A DNA stretch of 64,000 bases, from the NCBI GenBank assembly GCA_026770705.1, contig JANJGN010000003.1, positions 156,178,001 through 156,242,000 of the forward strand. Reading direction: 5' to 3'. Positions 63,551 through 64,000 of the stretch are shown in pieces. Numbering within the stretch: position 1 is the stretch's first letter; each line of letters starts with the position of its first letter. Origin of the DNA: Isurus oxyrinchus (taxonomy: Eukaryota). The notes under the pieces are model-generated. The model saw only the letters and a program-made list of their open reading frames with translations. It was not told where the DNA came from and did no database searches. The translations under genes and the position numbers were made by a program.

Positions 63551-64000
63551 AAAACCCGCTTTCACAGCCATATCTCCTTTCTCAGTGACTGTCTCCGTCT
63601 CCGACTTACCCCACGTGGATTTCAACTGAAATTCCACCCCTCATGTTTCGAACCCACCCAGGATTACAGGTATCTCTGGGACATAAAACGTTTCTCGGAC
63701 TGCTGTTCCCGTCACATTCTGAAATCCACACTCAGTGCCATGCGCCGCCATATGAACACACTCGACCTCTCGTTCCAGCAGCACCGCCGTACCCTTTTGC
63801 AAAGCTGCACGTGCCCCCAGTTTCATTTTATTCTTCCGCTCATCCGACACCTCAACGAGAAACTTTTTCTCTTTCTCTCAAGTGCTAAGGAACGCAAGCT
63901 CCAACAACTCATCGACACCAACACCCATCTAAGACCCTCCACCCCTGCCTGTCCCTCCGTCCCCACCCCATCTTCCAAACCCAACCCCAGCCGTGTATTC
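63548..64000 (+). mobile_element. N-terminal part of a Penelope-like ORF, open to the window edge
   Basis: Stop-free frame IKTRFHSHISFLSDCLRLRLTPRGFQLKF...KERKLQQL...PNPSRVF with a PLE-like FL..C....L.P.GF motif; joined divergently to the inverted copy. Confidence 0.75.

Noticed and set aside
62606-63637. 343-aa ORF as an intact gene
   Set aside because: Its first ~29 residues are antisense of the adjoining plus-strand PLE copy. It lacks most of the RT, has YIG mutated to DIG and frameshifts in the endonuclease.
361-64000. The many 60-190 aa ORFs in the track as host genes
   Set aside because: Nearly all fall in GC-rich MITEs or are alternative or antisense frames of decayed LINE and Harbinger sequence.

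Overview
Eukaryotic, repeat-dense vertebrate genomic DNA with no prokaryotic features. The repeat complement suggests a cartilaginous fish (shark); this is inferred from recognising the repeat families, not from a search. Most of the window is nested, mostly decayed transposable elements: (i) PIF/Harbinger DNA transposons, comprising two decayed two-gene elements (HARBI1-like DDE transposase plus Myb/SANT gene, convergent), internal-deletion derivatives and many MITEs with GGG(C/T)RGAATTTT-type TIRs and 3-bp TSDs; (ii) a CR1/L2-group APE-RT LINE ('LINE-A'), with one near full-length copy that has no ORF1 and a tRNA/SINE-like head; (iii) classical CR1, L2 and RTE fragments; (iv) a shattered Gypsy element; (v) SINEs; (vi) Penelope-like elements (PLEs). 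The PLE 3' ends occur as TSD-flanked inverted repeats carrying minimal hammerhead-ribozyme motifs, and in the young family the core reads CUGUnGA rather than the canonical CUGAnGA. One convincing host coding exon lies on the minus strand (38042-38218, gene unidentified), with a possible second at 33874-33931, so much of the window is probably intronic. Boundaries of decayed elements are approximate.
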